64,000 nucleotides of DNA, taken from positions 7,998,001 to 8,062,000 of the forward strand of contig NC_086098.1 of the NCBI RefSeq assembly GCF_963921235.1. The letters are read 5' to 3'. Shown here in pieces: positions 37,337 through 48,728 of this stretch. The position numbers and the translations under genes are program-made. The notes beneath the pieces were generated by a model that was not told the origin of the DNA, ran no database searches, and saw only the letters and a program-made list of their open reading frames with translations. This DNA comes from Mobula hypostoma (taxonomy: Eukaryota). Within the stretch, counting starts at the first letter, position 1. Each line of letters begins with the position of its first letter.

Positions 37337-39017
37337 AGAAACATAGAAACATAGAAACATAGAAAATAGGTGCAGGAGTAGGCCATTCGGCCCTTCGAGC
37401 CTGCACCGCCATTTATTATGATCATGGCTGATCATCCAACTCAGAACCCAGCCTTCCCTCCATACCCCGTGACCCCTGTAGCCACAAGGGCCATATCTAA
37501 CTTCCTTTTAAACATAGCTAATGAACTGGCCTCAACAGTTTGCTGTGGCAGAGAATTCCACAGATTCACCACTCTCTGTGTGAAGAAGTTTTTCCTAACC
37601 TCGGTCCTAAAAGGCTTCCCCTCTATCCTCAAACTGTGACCCCTCGTTCTAGACCTCCCCAACATCGGGAACAATCTTCCCGCATCTAGCCTGTCCAATC
37701 CCTTTAGGATCTTATACGTTTCAATCAGATCCCCCCTCAATCTTCTAAATTCCAACGAGTACAAGCCCAGTTCATCCAGTCTTTCTTCATATGAAAGACC
37801 TGCCATCCCAGGAATCAATCTGGTGAACCTTCTTTGTACTCCCTCTATGGCAAGGATGTCTTTCCTCAGATTAGGGGACCAAAACTGCACACAATACTCC
37901 AGGTGTGGTCTCACCAAGGCCTTGTACAACTGCAGTAGTACCTCCCTGCTCCTGTACTCGAATCCTCTCGCTATAAATGCCAGCATACCGTTCGCCTTTT
38001 TCACCGCCTGCTGTACCTGCATGCCCACTTTCAATGACTGGTGTATAATGACACCCAGGTCTCGTTGCACCTCCCCTTTTCCTAATCGGCCACCATTCAG
38101 ATAATAATCTGTTTTCCTATTTTTGCCACCAAAGTGGATAACTTCACATTTATCCACATTAAATTGCATCTGCCATGAGTTTGCCCACTCACCCAACCTA
38201 TCCAAGTCACCCTGCATCCTCTTAGCATCCTCCTCACTGCTAACACTGCCACCCAGCTTCGTGTCATCCGCAAACTTGGAGATGCTGCATTTAATTCCCT
38301 CATCCAAGTCATTAATATATATTGTAAACAACTGGGGTCCCAGCACTGAGCCTTGCGGTACCCCACTAGTCACCGCCTGCCATTCTGAAAAGGTCCCGTT
38401 TATTCCCACTCTTTGCTTCCTGTCTGCTAACCAATTCTCCACCCACACCAATACCTTACCCCCAATACCATGTGCTTTAAGTTTGCACACTAATCTCCTG
38501 TGTGGGACCTTGTCAAAAGCCTTTTGAAAATCCAAATATACCACATCCACTGGTTCTCCCCTATCCACTCTACTAGTTACATCCTCAAAAAATTCTATGA
38601 GATTCGTCAGACATGATTTTCCTTTCACAAATCCATGCTGACTTTGTCCGATCATTTCACCGCTTTCCAAATGTGCTGTTATCACATCCTTGATAACTGA
38701 CTCCAGCAGTTTCCCCACCACCGACGTTAGGCTAACCGGCCTATAATTCCCCGGTTTCTCTCTCCCTCCTTTTTTAAAAAGTGGGGTTACATTAGCCACC
38801 CTCCAATCCTCAGGAACTAGTCCAGAATCTAACGAGTTTTGAAAAATTATCACTAATGCATCCACTATTTCTTGGGCCACTTCCTTAAGCACTCTGGGAT
38901 GCAGACCATCTGGCCCTGGGGATTTATCTGCCTTCAATCCCTTCAATTTACCTAACACCACTTCCCTACTAACATGTATTTCGCTCAGTTCCTCCATCTC
39001 ACTGGACCCTCTGTCCC
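37337..39017 (-). mobile_element. Young 5'-truncated CR1 LINE
   Basis: Uninterrupted RT reading frame; (CTATGTTT)3 tail. Confidence 0.95.
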
Positions 39018-39042
39018 CTAATGTATCTACAACTACCACCAC
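37441..39042 (-). CDS. CR1 ORF2 reverse transcriptase, intact 3' half (first ~8 codons are flanking sequence)
   Basis: 533-aa ORF: SPGPDG, YRPVSLTS, YLDFQKAFD, GVPQGSVLGP, KFADDTK; endonuclease missing, so unlikely to be functional. Confidence 0.85.
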   Translation of the reverse strand: MVVVVDTLGDRGSSEMEELSEIHVSREVVLGKLKGLKADKSPGPDGLHPRVLKEVAQEIVDALVIIFQNSLDSGLVPEDWRVANVTPLFKKGGREKPGNYRPVSLTSVVGKLLESVIKDVITAHLESGEMIGQSQHGFVKGKSCLTNLIEFFEDVTSRVDRGEPVDVVYLDFQKAFDKVPHRRLVCKLKAHGIGGKVLVWVENWLADRKQRVGINGTFSEWQAVTSGVPQGSVLGPQLFTIYINDLDEGIKCSISKFADDTKLGGSVSSEEDAKRMQGDLDRLGEWANSWQMQFNVDKCEVIHFGGKNRKTDYYLNGGRLGKGEVQRDLGVIIHQSLKVGMQVQQAVKKANGMLAFIARGFEYRSREVLLQLYKALVRPHLEYCVQFWSPNLRKDILAIEGVQRRFTRLIPGMAGLSYEERLDELGLYSLEFRRLRGDLIETYKILKGLDRLDAGRLFPMLGRSRTRGHSLRIEGKPFRTEVRKNFFTQRVVNLWNSLPQQTVEASSLAMFKRKLDMALVATGVTGYGGKAGF

Positions 39043-39269
39043 CCCAGTAGGGCGTTACTTGCACTCACAACTCCTGCCTCTGGCATCTCCACTTTATTTT
39101 CTGCCAAGCACCTTAAAATAATATCCTCTTGCATTATCTGTGAATACAGTTTATCTGCCATTTTTCCAACAGTTCTATATGCTGCTGCATCCTTCAACAA
39201 TCTTCATCAATATCCACAACTTAATCAACTTCTCTCTCAACTATAAACTTCTTTATTGGACCATATATT

Positions 39270-41800
39270 AAATGGGTAGAATGGTGCAAGATGAATAATC
39301 AGGTCATTATGAATACCTACTTTAAAAACCATCCAAGACGCTTGTGGACCTAGAAAAGTCCAGGTGATAACACTAGAAATCAAATTGACTTTATTACTGT
39401 AAACCAAAGAATTAGAAACTCAGTGACTCAATGCAAAACATATCCAGGTGCAGACTGTAATAGTGACCATAACCCAGTAATATGTCATGTAAAAGTAAAA
39501 CTTAAAAAACTAAAGAAGCATAAACCTGAACAATCCCTTGACTACTTGCAATTAATTAAAGAAGAAAACTTAGGACAAAAATTTACAATTGAAGTAAGGA
39601 ATAGATTTCAAAGTCTAGAAATATAATCGGTTGAAGATGATAGCAATCATGTAGAAATGAAATTTAACTCTCTAAAGAATGCCTTGGTAGAATCAGCAAA
39701 GTTAGTGATTCCTAAAAAAGAAAAAACACACAGAGAATAAATGGATGACAGATGAAATCAAAAATCTAATGGAAGAAAGGAGACTGAAGAGAGCAAATTC
39801 TATAGAATATAAGTCCTTAGATAAAAAAGTTAAAAGCTTATGTCAAAAAGCCAAAGAAGAATGGTTAAACCAGGAATGTGAGCAAATAGAAAAAATCCCT
39901 ATTACTGATCCAAAAAGGTTACATCAACAAATCAAGAATATCACTGGTAAAAAGCTCCTCTGTTCTTCAGGCGGATATTTGAAAGCAAAGGACGGTACCA
40001 TTATAATGGAAAAAGATGAGATTATGAACAGATGGACTGAGTATATTCAAGGAATTGTTTGAAGACGATCAAGATGTAAAACCAGAAATTAAGAAAAACA
40101 TTGAAGGTCCAAGTATTTTAAAATCTGAAGTTCGTAATGCAATAAATAAGATGAAGAAAGGAAAGGCAGCAGGTCCTGATGAATTAGTAATAGAACAAAT
40201 TATCACCCTTGAAGATTATGGACTTGAAAAACTTACTGATTTAATCAATGACATTTATGAGACTGGAATAATACCAGAAGAGATGAAAGAAATCAGTATT
40301 TATCACTCTTCCTAAGAAATCTGGAGCAATAGAATGTGAATTACATAGGATCATAAGTTTAATGAGTCATATCACCAAGATACTTCTAAGAATTTTGATG
40401 ACAAGAGCTAAAAGTAAGATACAAGCTGAAATAGGCAAAGAACAATGTGGTTTTGTGAAAGACAAAGGTACAAGAAACGCAATATTGATGTTAAGGGTAC
40501 TATCAGAATGAGCTATTCAAGTGCAAAAAGATTTGTTTTTTTGTTTTATCCATGTAAGGGGTTTCTTCTTTTACCTTAACTGCGTAGGCTAATTAAAATG
40601 GCTTCTTTGTTATGTAATAATTAAACTGGCTTCTTTGTTATGTTAAATGCTGAGAAAGTCCTCCCGCTAGCAGTTTGTTTTGATAAGAGGGCAAATGAGC
40701 CAATGGGTGTCCATAATATTTTTTTCTAGTGTGTCTGTAAGTTAGTCTGATGCGCGGGTTTTTGGGGAGAAGGCGGAAGAGAGAGAGAGAGAGAATGGAC
40801 CAGGTGTTGTGAGTCTGCTAACGGGGTCGGACCCCGAGCAGGAGTCTGAGGTCCAGGGTCTCCTCCAGGAGAGGAGACAGAGACAGACTTGTGTGGAGCG
40901 TCTGGTCGACCACCGTTGTTGGTCCCAGGTGGCAGGTCGAGGTGGTCCGAGGGGTCGCAGGGTGAAGAAGGAGGGTCCCGAGCTCCAACTGTTTGTGCAC
41001 GAAGAGATTGAACTTTGATAAATGTGGCGCCTTTTATTTTCCTTTTTTATTTTATTCTCTGTTAATTATATAGTTCCAGTAATATCTATAAACTGTAAAT
41101 CATTTAATCGTATCTGGTGTATTGTCTGTTATTTGGGCAGGGTGGGGTACATCACACAGCATCCACACAAAACTTATTACCCAGTTTGGCGGGACCAACG
41201 GCTGTTTCCCTAGACGACAGCGAGCTGAGCGACCCTGAGGCTGGCCAGGGGGGCTACATTCACTACACAAAAGCATTTGATAAAGTGAAGTACAATAAGT
41301 TCTTTAAAATTTTACAGAAAACTTTAGATCTAGATTTGAAAGACCTCTGCCTAACCAGAAATCTGTACTGGGAACAAACTGCTGTTGTAAGAATAGATGG
41401 AGAAGTGAGTCAGTTTACGGAAATCAAGAGAGGAGTTAGACAAGGGTATGTTTTCTCCCCTGACTTATTTAATGTGTACAGTGAAATAATATTACAAAAA
41501 ATAAGAGACATCTTGGGAAACAAGGTTGGCGGTGAAAACATCAATAATTTCAGATATGCAGATGGCACTGTGTTAATTGCAATTACGGAGGAAGAACTAC
41601 GAAACTTAATTGATATAATTGATGAAGAAAGTGGAAAAATGGGTCTATCTATCAATTGCGAAAAGACAGAATGTATGGTGATATCCAAAAAGAAGGAGAA
41701 TTCTATCTGCAGGCTGAGAATAAATGGGGAAGACATAAAACAAGTACAGAACTCTTGCTACTTCGGAAGCTGGATGACATCAGATGGCAGGTGCGATATG
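39270..41800 (+). mobile_element. Second RTE copy (truncated at both ends, interrupted by solo LTR)
   Basis: Colinear with the reverse complement of ~6220-8020; stops and frameshifts. Confidence 0.92.
40553..41258. mobile_element. Solo LTR (706 bp)
   Basis: TGTA...TACA ends; interrupts the RTE at FI|DYTKAFD; 4-bp TSD tcca/ttca with one mismatch; internal ~27-bp tandem duplication at 40591-40646. Confidence 0.8.
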
Positions 41801-41802
41801 GA

Positions 41803-44373
41803 CCTCGCACCATAGGAAACTTCCTCTCCACATCCACGCTATCAAGGCCTTTCACTGTTTGAAAGGTTTCAATCAGGTCACCCCTCATTCTTCTGTATTC
41901 TAGTGAATACGGGTCCAGAGCATCAAATATTCTTCATATGACAAACCATTCAAGCCTGGAATCATTTTTGTAAACCTCCCTTGAACCCTCTCCAGTTTCA
42001 GCACATCCTTTCTAAGATGCCTAAAACTAAGATTAGGTCCCAACACAGTCTCCATTGAAACATCATTAGTTACTGGCAGCCATCCAGAAAAGGATCCCTT
42101 TATTCCCATTCTTTGCCTCCTGCCAATCAGCTACTGCTTTATCCATATTAGAATCTTTCCTGTAATACCATTGCTCATAGCTTGTTAAGCAGCCTCGCAT
42201 GTGGCACCTTGTCAAAGGCCTTCTGAAAATCCAAGTACACAACATCAACCAATTCTCCTTTGTCTATCCTGCTTGCTATTTCTTCAAAGAATTCCAACAG
42301 ATTTGTCAGGCATGATTTTCCCTTGAGGAAACCATGCTGACTACAGACTATTTTATCATGTGCCTCCAAGGGCATGGAGACCTCATCCTTAATAATTAAC
42401 TTCAACATCTTCCCAACCACTGAGGTCAGACTAACTGGCCTACAGTTTCCTTTCTTCTGCCTTTCACCCTTCTTGAAGAATGAAGTGACATTTGCAATTT
42501 TTCAGTCTCTGGAACCATTCCAGAATCTAGTGATTTTTGAAAGATCTTTACTAATTGGATGCTTCCCTGGTATCATGGACTCTTGATTACCTGACTGGCA
42601 GACCACAGTACGTGTGCTTGCAACACTGTATGTGCGACAGAGTGATCAGCAGCACTGGGACTCCACAGGGGACTGTCTTGTCTCCCTTTCTCTTCACCAT
42701 TTACACCTTGGACTTCAACTACTGCACAGAGTCTTGTCATCTTCAGAAGTTTTTGGATGACTCTTCCATAGTTGGATGCATCAGCAAGGGAGATGAGGCT
42801 GAGTACAGTACCATGGTAGGAAACTTTGTCACATGGTGTGAGCAGAATTATCTGCAGCTTAATGTGAAAAAGACTAAGGAGCTGGTGGTAGACCTGAGGA
42901 GAGCTAAGGTACCGGTGACCCCTGTTTCAATCCAGGGGGTCAGTGTGGACATGGTGGAGGATTACAAATACCTGGGAATACGAATTGACAATAAACTGGA
43001 CTGGTCAAAGAACACTGAGGCTGTCTACAAGAAGGATCAGAGGCGTCTCTATTTCCTGAGGAGACTGAGGTCCTTTAACATCTGCCGGACAATGCTGAGG
43101 ATGTTCTACGAGTCTGTGGTGGCCAGTGCTATCATGTTTGCTGTTGTGTGCTGGAGCAGCAGGCTGAGGGTAGCAGACACCAACAGAATCAATAGACTCA
43201 TTCGTAAGGCCAGTGATGTTGTGGGGATGGAACTGGACTCTCTGATGGTGGTGTCTGAAAAGAGGATGCTGTCTAAGTTGCATGCCATCTTGGTCAATGT
43301 CTCCCATCCACTACATAAATGTACTGGGTGGGCACAGGACTACATTCAGCCAGAGACTCATTCCACCGAGATGCAGCGCAGAGCGTCATAGGAAGTCATT
43401 CCTGCCTGTGGCCATCAAACTTTACAACTCCTCCCTTGGAGGGTCAGACACCTGAGCTGATAGGCTGGTCCTGGACTTATTTCATAATTTACTGGCAATA
43501 TTTGCATATTACTATTTAACTATTTATGGTTCTATTACTATTTATTATTTATGGTGCAACTGTAACGAAAACCAATTTCCCCCGGGATCAATAACGTATG
43601 AGTATGACTCTGACTATGACTAATGCCTCTATAATCTCTTCAAACATCTCTTTCAAAAACTTCTCTCTAGTTAAGGTAACTTCACACACCATGACCCCTG
43701 ACACTTGGAACTTCCACCATACTGCTAGTGTCTTCCACCATGAAGACTGACGCAAAATACTTATTCCGTTCTTCCTCCATTTCGTTGTGCTCCATTACTA
43801 CCTCTCCAGCATCATTTTCCAGCGATCAGATATCTACTTTTGCCTCTCTTTTACAGTTTATGTCTCTGAAGAAATTTTTGGCATCTTCTTTAATATTATT
43901 GGCAAGCTTTTAGTTGCTTTTTGTTGATTTTTAAAAGCTCCTCAATTCTCTAACTTCCCACTAAGTTTTGCTTTATTATATGCCCTGTATATGGCTTTTT
44001 GTTGGCTTTGATTTCTCTTATTAGCCATGGTTGTGTCATCTTTCCTTTAGAATATTTCTTCCTCTTTGTTTTGTACATATCTCTTGCCTTCCAAATTGCT
44101 TCCACAAATTCCAGCCATTGCTGCTCTGCTGTCATCCCTGCCAAAGTTCTTTTCCAATCAGTTCTTCTCTCATACCTCTGAAATTCCCTTTACTCCTCTG
44201 AAATACTGATACATTTAACTCTGGCTTCTCCTTCTCAAATTTCAGGGTGAATTTGATCATATTATGATCATTTGCCCCTAAGGATTCTTTTATCTTAGGT
44301 TCTCTAATGAATTCTGGATCATTGCACAAAACCCAATCCAGAATAGCTGATCCTCCAATGGGCTCAACCACAA
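41803..44373 (-). mobile_element. Decayed CR1 ORF2 with deletions, interrupted by Rex1
   Basis: ORFs 42175-42420 (YLDFQKAFDKVPH), 43950-44144, 44132-44389 (ILDWVL..DHNMIKF). Confidence 0.88.
42557..43622 (+). mobile_element. Rex1/Babar 5'-truncated copy
   Basis: 278-aa ORF YLTGRPQYV..GTPQGTVLSPFLF..KFLDDS; (ATGACT)n tail; apparent TSD actaat. Confidence 0.92.
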
Positions 44374-44614
44374 GTCTTCGTCGTCTCAACTTCAGCCAGA
44401 CAAAGTGTCTTCTCCCATGGAGAGAGGGTTACATTCCTTACCAGCACTTTGTTCTGCACATCAGATCGGACGTAGAAGATATTCAGCCTCTCAGGGGGTG
44501 AAGACCATAAGACCAGTATTCGGTCATTCGGTCCATTGAGTCTGATCTGCTATTCCATCATGGCTGATTTATTTTCCTTCTCAACCCCATTCTCCTACCT
44601 TCTCCCAGTAAACT

Positions 44615-44940
44615 GATTCATTCATTATGCACCATGTTGTATGATGTGGGCAATTATGGTCTTCCCATGACCTTGATAGTTCTTGGCAATTTTTCTACAG
44701 AAGTGATTTGCCATTGCTTTCTCCTGGGAGTGTTTTTACAAGATGGAAGACACCAGCCATTATTAATACTCTTTAGAGATTGCCTGGTGTCAGTGGTTTC
44801 ATAACCAGGACTTGTGATATGCACCAGCTTCTCTTATGACCATCCACCACCTGCTCCCATGACTTCATGTGACCCTATCGAGGGGCTAAGCAGGTGCTAC
44901 CCCTTGTCCAAGGGTGATCTGCAGGCTAGCTGGTGGGTGG
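44615..44940 (-). mobile_element. RTE-dependent short element
   Basis: Matches 13500-13890. Confidence 0.7.
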
Positions 44941-46088
44941 GGGTGGCATGGGCAGATATGTATTTCACGCACAAAAAAAAATGAGAAGATCGGGCGAGGT
45001 AACACAATATAAAAACTATAAGACTGAAAAAAAGACTTTTTCATCCAAGTCCACATCCAAAATGCAGAAAAAAGCTGAGCAACTCTCCCCGCAACAGCAG
45101 ACTCTCCCGTCTCAATAGCAGAGCAATCAATCAACAGGCTGACCTTCTGCACTCACCTTCCATTACTTTAGTCAGGGAACAATGGGAGCTTTGATCAGCG
45201 AAATGGAGCCACACATCGGCTTGCATGGCATCCTGCAGACTGCCCACCACGAGCTTTGCCTGGAATCCTCTCGGAGACTGGAACACACAAACGATCTCCA
45301 AACTTCCACACTCGTCCTGACGTTTCGATCACCCTCGGCACTTTAACTGGCGAACAATGGAAACTATAATCAGCAAAATGGGGTCAAACATTGAATTGCA
45401 TGCCATCCTTCGGGCTTCTCGCCACGAGATTCGCTCACGTTGCCTCTGTCTCCTGGAATCTCAGAGACTGCAGAGTGCTGGTGCACCTAAATGTATTTCC
45501 AAACAGCAAAACACAGTCTCCAACAGTTCCAGAATTACATTCAAGATGAGAAATAAATGTAAAAAACATAAAAGAAGAGAAAAAAAGGTTCCATGATCTA
45601 TCCAGCAGATGTCGACCAAAGGAGCATTGTACACAGGTGCCATCTTGACCATACATATCTCTACCCCACCACCCTAAGTTATTATAAGTCATCATTTAAT
45701 AGTGACTCATGGATAGGCAGCAACATGATAAACTCCTTTGCTTGGCCCAAACAGGATAATCAATCGGTGAATACAAATTTTAGGTGCAATCAAACTTGGG
45801 CCAAAGCAGCAGGAACTACGAGTGAACTGTAATGCCAGGACGCATTTCCACATGATTGAATTTCTCACCAATTATCAGCAGAATTTCCCACACAACAAAT
45901 GCATTGTATTTGCTTTTAATAATGTATAGTTTAATAATTCTGCTCATGCAGAAGTGCTGCCTTCATGCAGAAGTTTTAATGTGATGAATGCAGTTTTAAC
46001 ACTTCAAGAATGTTATTCAAATACTTATTGGTTTGCAGTCTTCTCTGTAGGCATGTCTAATTTGTTGCCATTATCACTCTACTCAGGA

Positions 46089-46320
46089 TGGCACCGTAGT
46101 GTAGTGGTTAGTACAAAATTATTACAGCGCCAGCAGCTTGGGTTCCATCACTCTCTGTAAGGGGTTTATACACTCTCCCCGTTTCAGTGGGAGTTTTTCT
46201 GGCTAATCTGATTTCCTACCACATTCCTAAAATGTACAGATTGGTGGGTAAATTGGTCACAGAGATATGGTTGGGTGACACAGGCTCATTGGGTCTCAAG
46301 TCCTGAATCTCTAAACTAAA
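46089..46320 (+). mobile_element. Degenerate tRNA/V-domain SINE
   Basis: ggcaccgtagtgtagtggttag head; core similar to the copies at 1552 and 24699. Confidence 0.65.
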
Positions 46321-46489
46321 CTATGTCCCTTGCACCTGCCTTTGTTACAGTTTCCAGGCATTCCAACAGATCTAGTCCTAAAATGGTGCCTTAGTATTTG
46401 ACAGAAACTCAAATACAGCCAGTCCCTTGTCCCCTTGTCCCCAGTCTGTACCAGGACGGGTTCACTGAATTGAGACAGCATAACACCAG

Positions 46490-48050
46490 AAAATCATAAG
46501 ACATAGGAGCAGAATTAGGCCAACTAGCCTATCGAGTCAAGTTAGGAAAAGGGGAAGCACAACGAGATCTAGGTGTTCTTGTACATCAGTCACTGAAAGC
46601 AAGCATGCAAGTACAGCAGGCAGTGAAGAAAGCTAATGGCATGCTGGCCTTCATAACAAGGGGAATTGAGTACAAGAGCAAAGAGGTCCTTCTGCAGCTG
46701 TACAGGGCCCTGGTGAGACCACACCTGGAGTACTGTGTGCAGTTTTGGTCTCCAAATTTGAGGAAGGACATTCTTGCTATTGAGGGAGTGCAGCGTAGGT
46801 TCACAAGGTTAATTCCTGGGATGGCGGGACTGTCATATGTCAAAAGATTGGAGCGACTGGGCTTGTACACTCTGGAATTTAGAAGGCTGAGAGGGGATCT
46901 TATTGAAACATATAAGATTATTAAGGGATTGGACACGCCGCAGGCAGGAAGCATGTTCCCGCTGATGGGTGAGTCCAGAACCAGAGGCCACAGTTTAAGA
47001 ATTAGGGGTAGGCCATTTAGAACGGAGTTGAGGAAAAACTTTTTCACCCAGAGAATGGTGGATATATGGAATGCTTTGCCCCAGAAGGCAGTGGAGGCCA
47101 AGTCTCTGGATGCTTTCAAAAAAGGGATGGATAGAGCTCTTAAAGATAGTGGAATCAAAGGTTATGGGGATAAGACAGGAACTGGATACGAATAGTGGAT
47201 GATCAGCCATGATCACAGTGAATGGCGGTGCTGGCTCGAAGGGCCAAATGGCCTACTCCTGCACCAATTGTCTATTGTTTATCGAGTCTGCTCCGCCATT
47301 CAATCATGGCTGATCCTTTTTTTTAATCTCCTCCTCAACCCCAGTTCCTGGCCTTCTCCCCATAACCTTTGATGCCACATCCAAACAAAAACATGTCAAT
47401 CTCTGCCTTAGTACACCCAACAACCTGACCTCCACAGCTGCATGTGGCAGCAAATTCCACAAATTCACCACACTGTGGCTAAAGAAATTTCTCCGGATCT
47501 CTGTTTTGAAAGGACACTTTTCCTGAGGCTTACTTGTCCTAGACTCTTCCACCATGGGAAACATCCTTTCCACATCTACTCTCTGCCTAGACCTTTCAAC
47601 ATTCAAAAGGTTTCAATGAGATACCACCTCATCCTTATAAATGCCAGAAGAACAGACCCAGAACCATCAAACATTACTCGTACTTTCATTTCTAGAATCA
47701 TCCTTGTAAACCACTTCTGGACCCTTTGCAATGCCAGCACATCTTTTCTAATATGGGGGGTCTAAAACTGTTCACAATACTCAAGGTGAGGCCTTGCCAG
47801 TGTCTTATAAAGCCTCAGCATCACATCCTTGTTCCTGTATTCTAGACCTCTTGAAATTAATGCTACCAAAGCATTTGCCTTCCTCACCACCGTCTCAACC
47901 TGCAAGTTAACCTTTAGGGTGTTCTGCACAAGGACTCGCAAGTTCCTCTGCATCTCAGATTCCTGAATTTTCTCCCTGTTTAGAAAATAGTCTGCACATT
48001 TATTTCTACTACCAAAATGCATGACCATGCATTTTCCAAATTTGTATTCC
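46490..48050 (-). mobile_element. CR1 3' portion (host of the 46539 insertion)
   Basis: ORFs 47304-47606 and 47762-48112; (cataaga) tail at the left end. Confidence 0.85.
46539..47279 (+). mobile_element. 5'-truncated CR1 with 9-bp TSD
   Basis: ORF 46605-47195; TSD tatcgagtc at 46530-46538 and 47280-47288. Confidence 0.93.
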
Positions 48051-48101
48051 AACCTCGCATGGATCCTCCCACCCCTATCACCATTGGAGACATTCCTTAA
48101 C

Positions 48102-48181
48102 CAGGGCTTCACATCCTGGGTCCACGGAACTCTTGCTTAATGGCACCAGGTCATGGCATAAAAAATGATTGGCAAGCCCTG
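48102..48181. mobile_element. Degenerate hAT-like MITE
   Basis: cagggctt...aagccctg ends; shares cctggggtcca with the 58922 copy. Confidence 0.55.
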
Positions 48182-48454
48182 ATCTAAACAAATGCTTTCT
48201 TTAATAGATCGTCACAATTACATTTTCATAAGAGGAAAATTGTGGATCTGGGAGGATTTGTACACTAATTTCTGAACATGCTTAGACAGATAGCAATGTC
48301 ACATATGGAATTCTGCAGGTTAACATTAAGGAAATAGAATGCAGAGTAATGATTTTGCCCTAAATGGAACACTGTAATGAAAATTCAAAGTTCACAGTAA
48401 ACGTATTATGAAAGTACATATATGTCACCATTTTCAACCTAGTGATTGATTTTA

Positions 48455-48728
48455 CTTATTTATTTATTGAGATACAGAGTGGGATTGGCCGCGCCACCCA
48501 GCAGTACCCCGATTTAATCTGAGCCTAATCACAGGACAATTTACAATGACCAATTAACCTACCAACTGGTATGTCTTTGGACTGTGGGAGGAAACCAGAG
48601 CACTCGGATGAAACCGATGTGGTCATGGGGAGAACGTACAAACTCCTTTCAGGCAGTAGTGGGAATTGAACCCAGGTCACTTGTACTGTAAAGCGTTGTG
48701 TTAACTACTACGCTACAGTGCCGCCCCA
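48455..48728 (-). mobile_element. tRNA/V-domain SINE
   Basis: Reverse complement of the family at 24699. Confidence 0.85.

Noticed and set aside
37823..38527. Recurrent antisense ORFs (MNLLCTPSMA.., MPPKWITS..), also at 31311, 46586 and 19046
   Set aside because: Shadow frames opposite CR1 RT; recurrence just reflects repeat copies.
44440..44495. Minus-strand segment ending in a GTAAGG donor (RLNIFYVRSDVQNKVL)
   Set aside because: No convincing acceptor, wedged between CR1 fragments, peptide not recognised.
45739..45808. 12-13 bp inverted repeat (tgcttggcccaa / ttgggccaaagca), possible pre-miRNA
   Set aside because: Stem too short and ~45-nt unpaired loop; compatible with chance.
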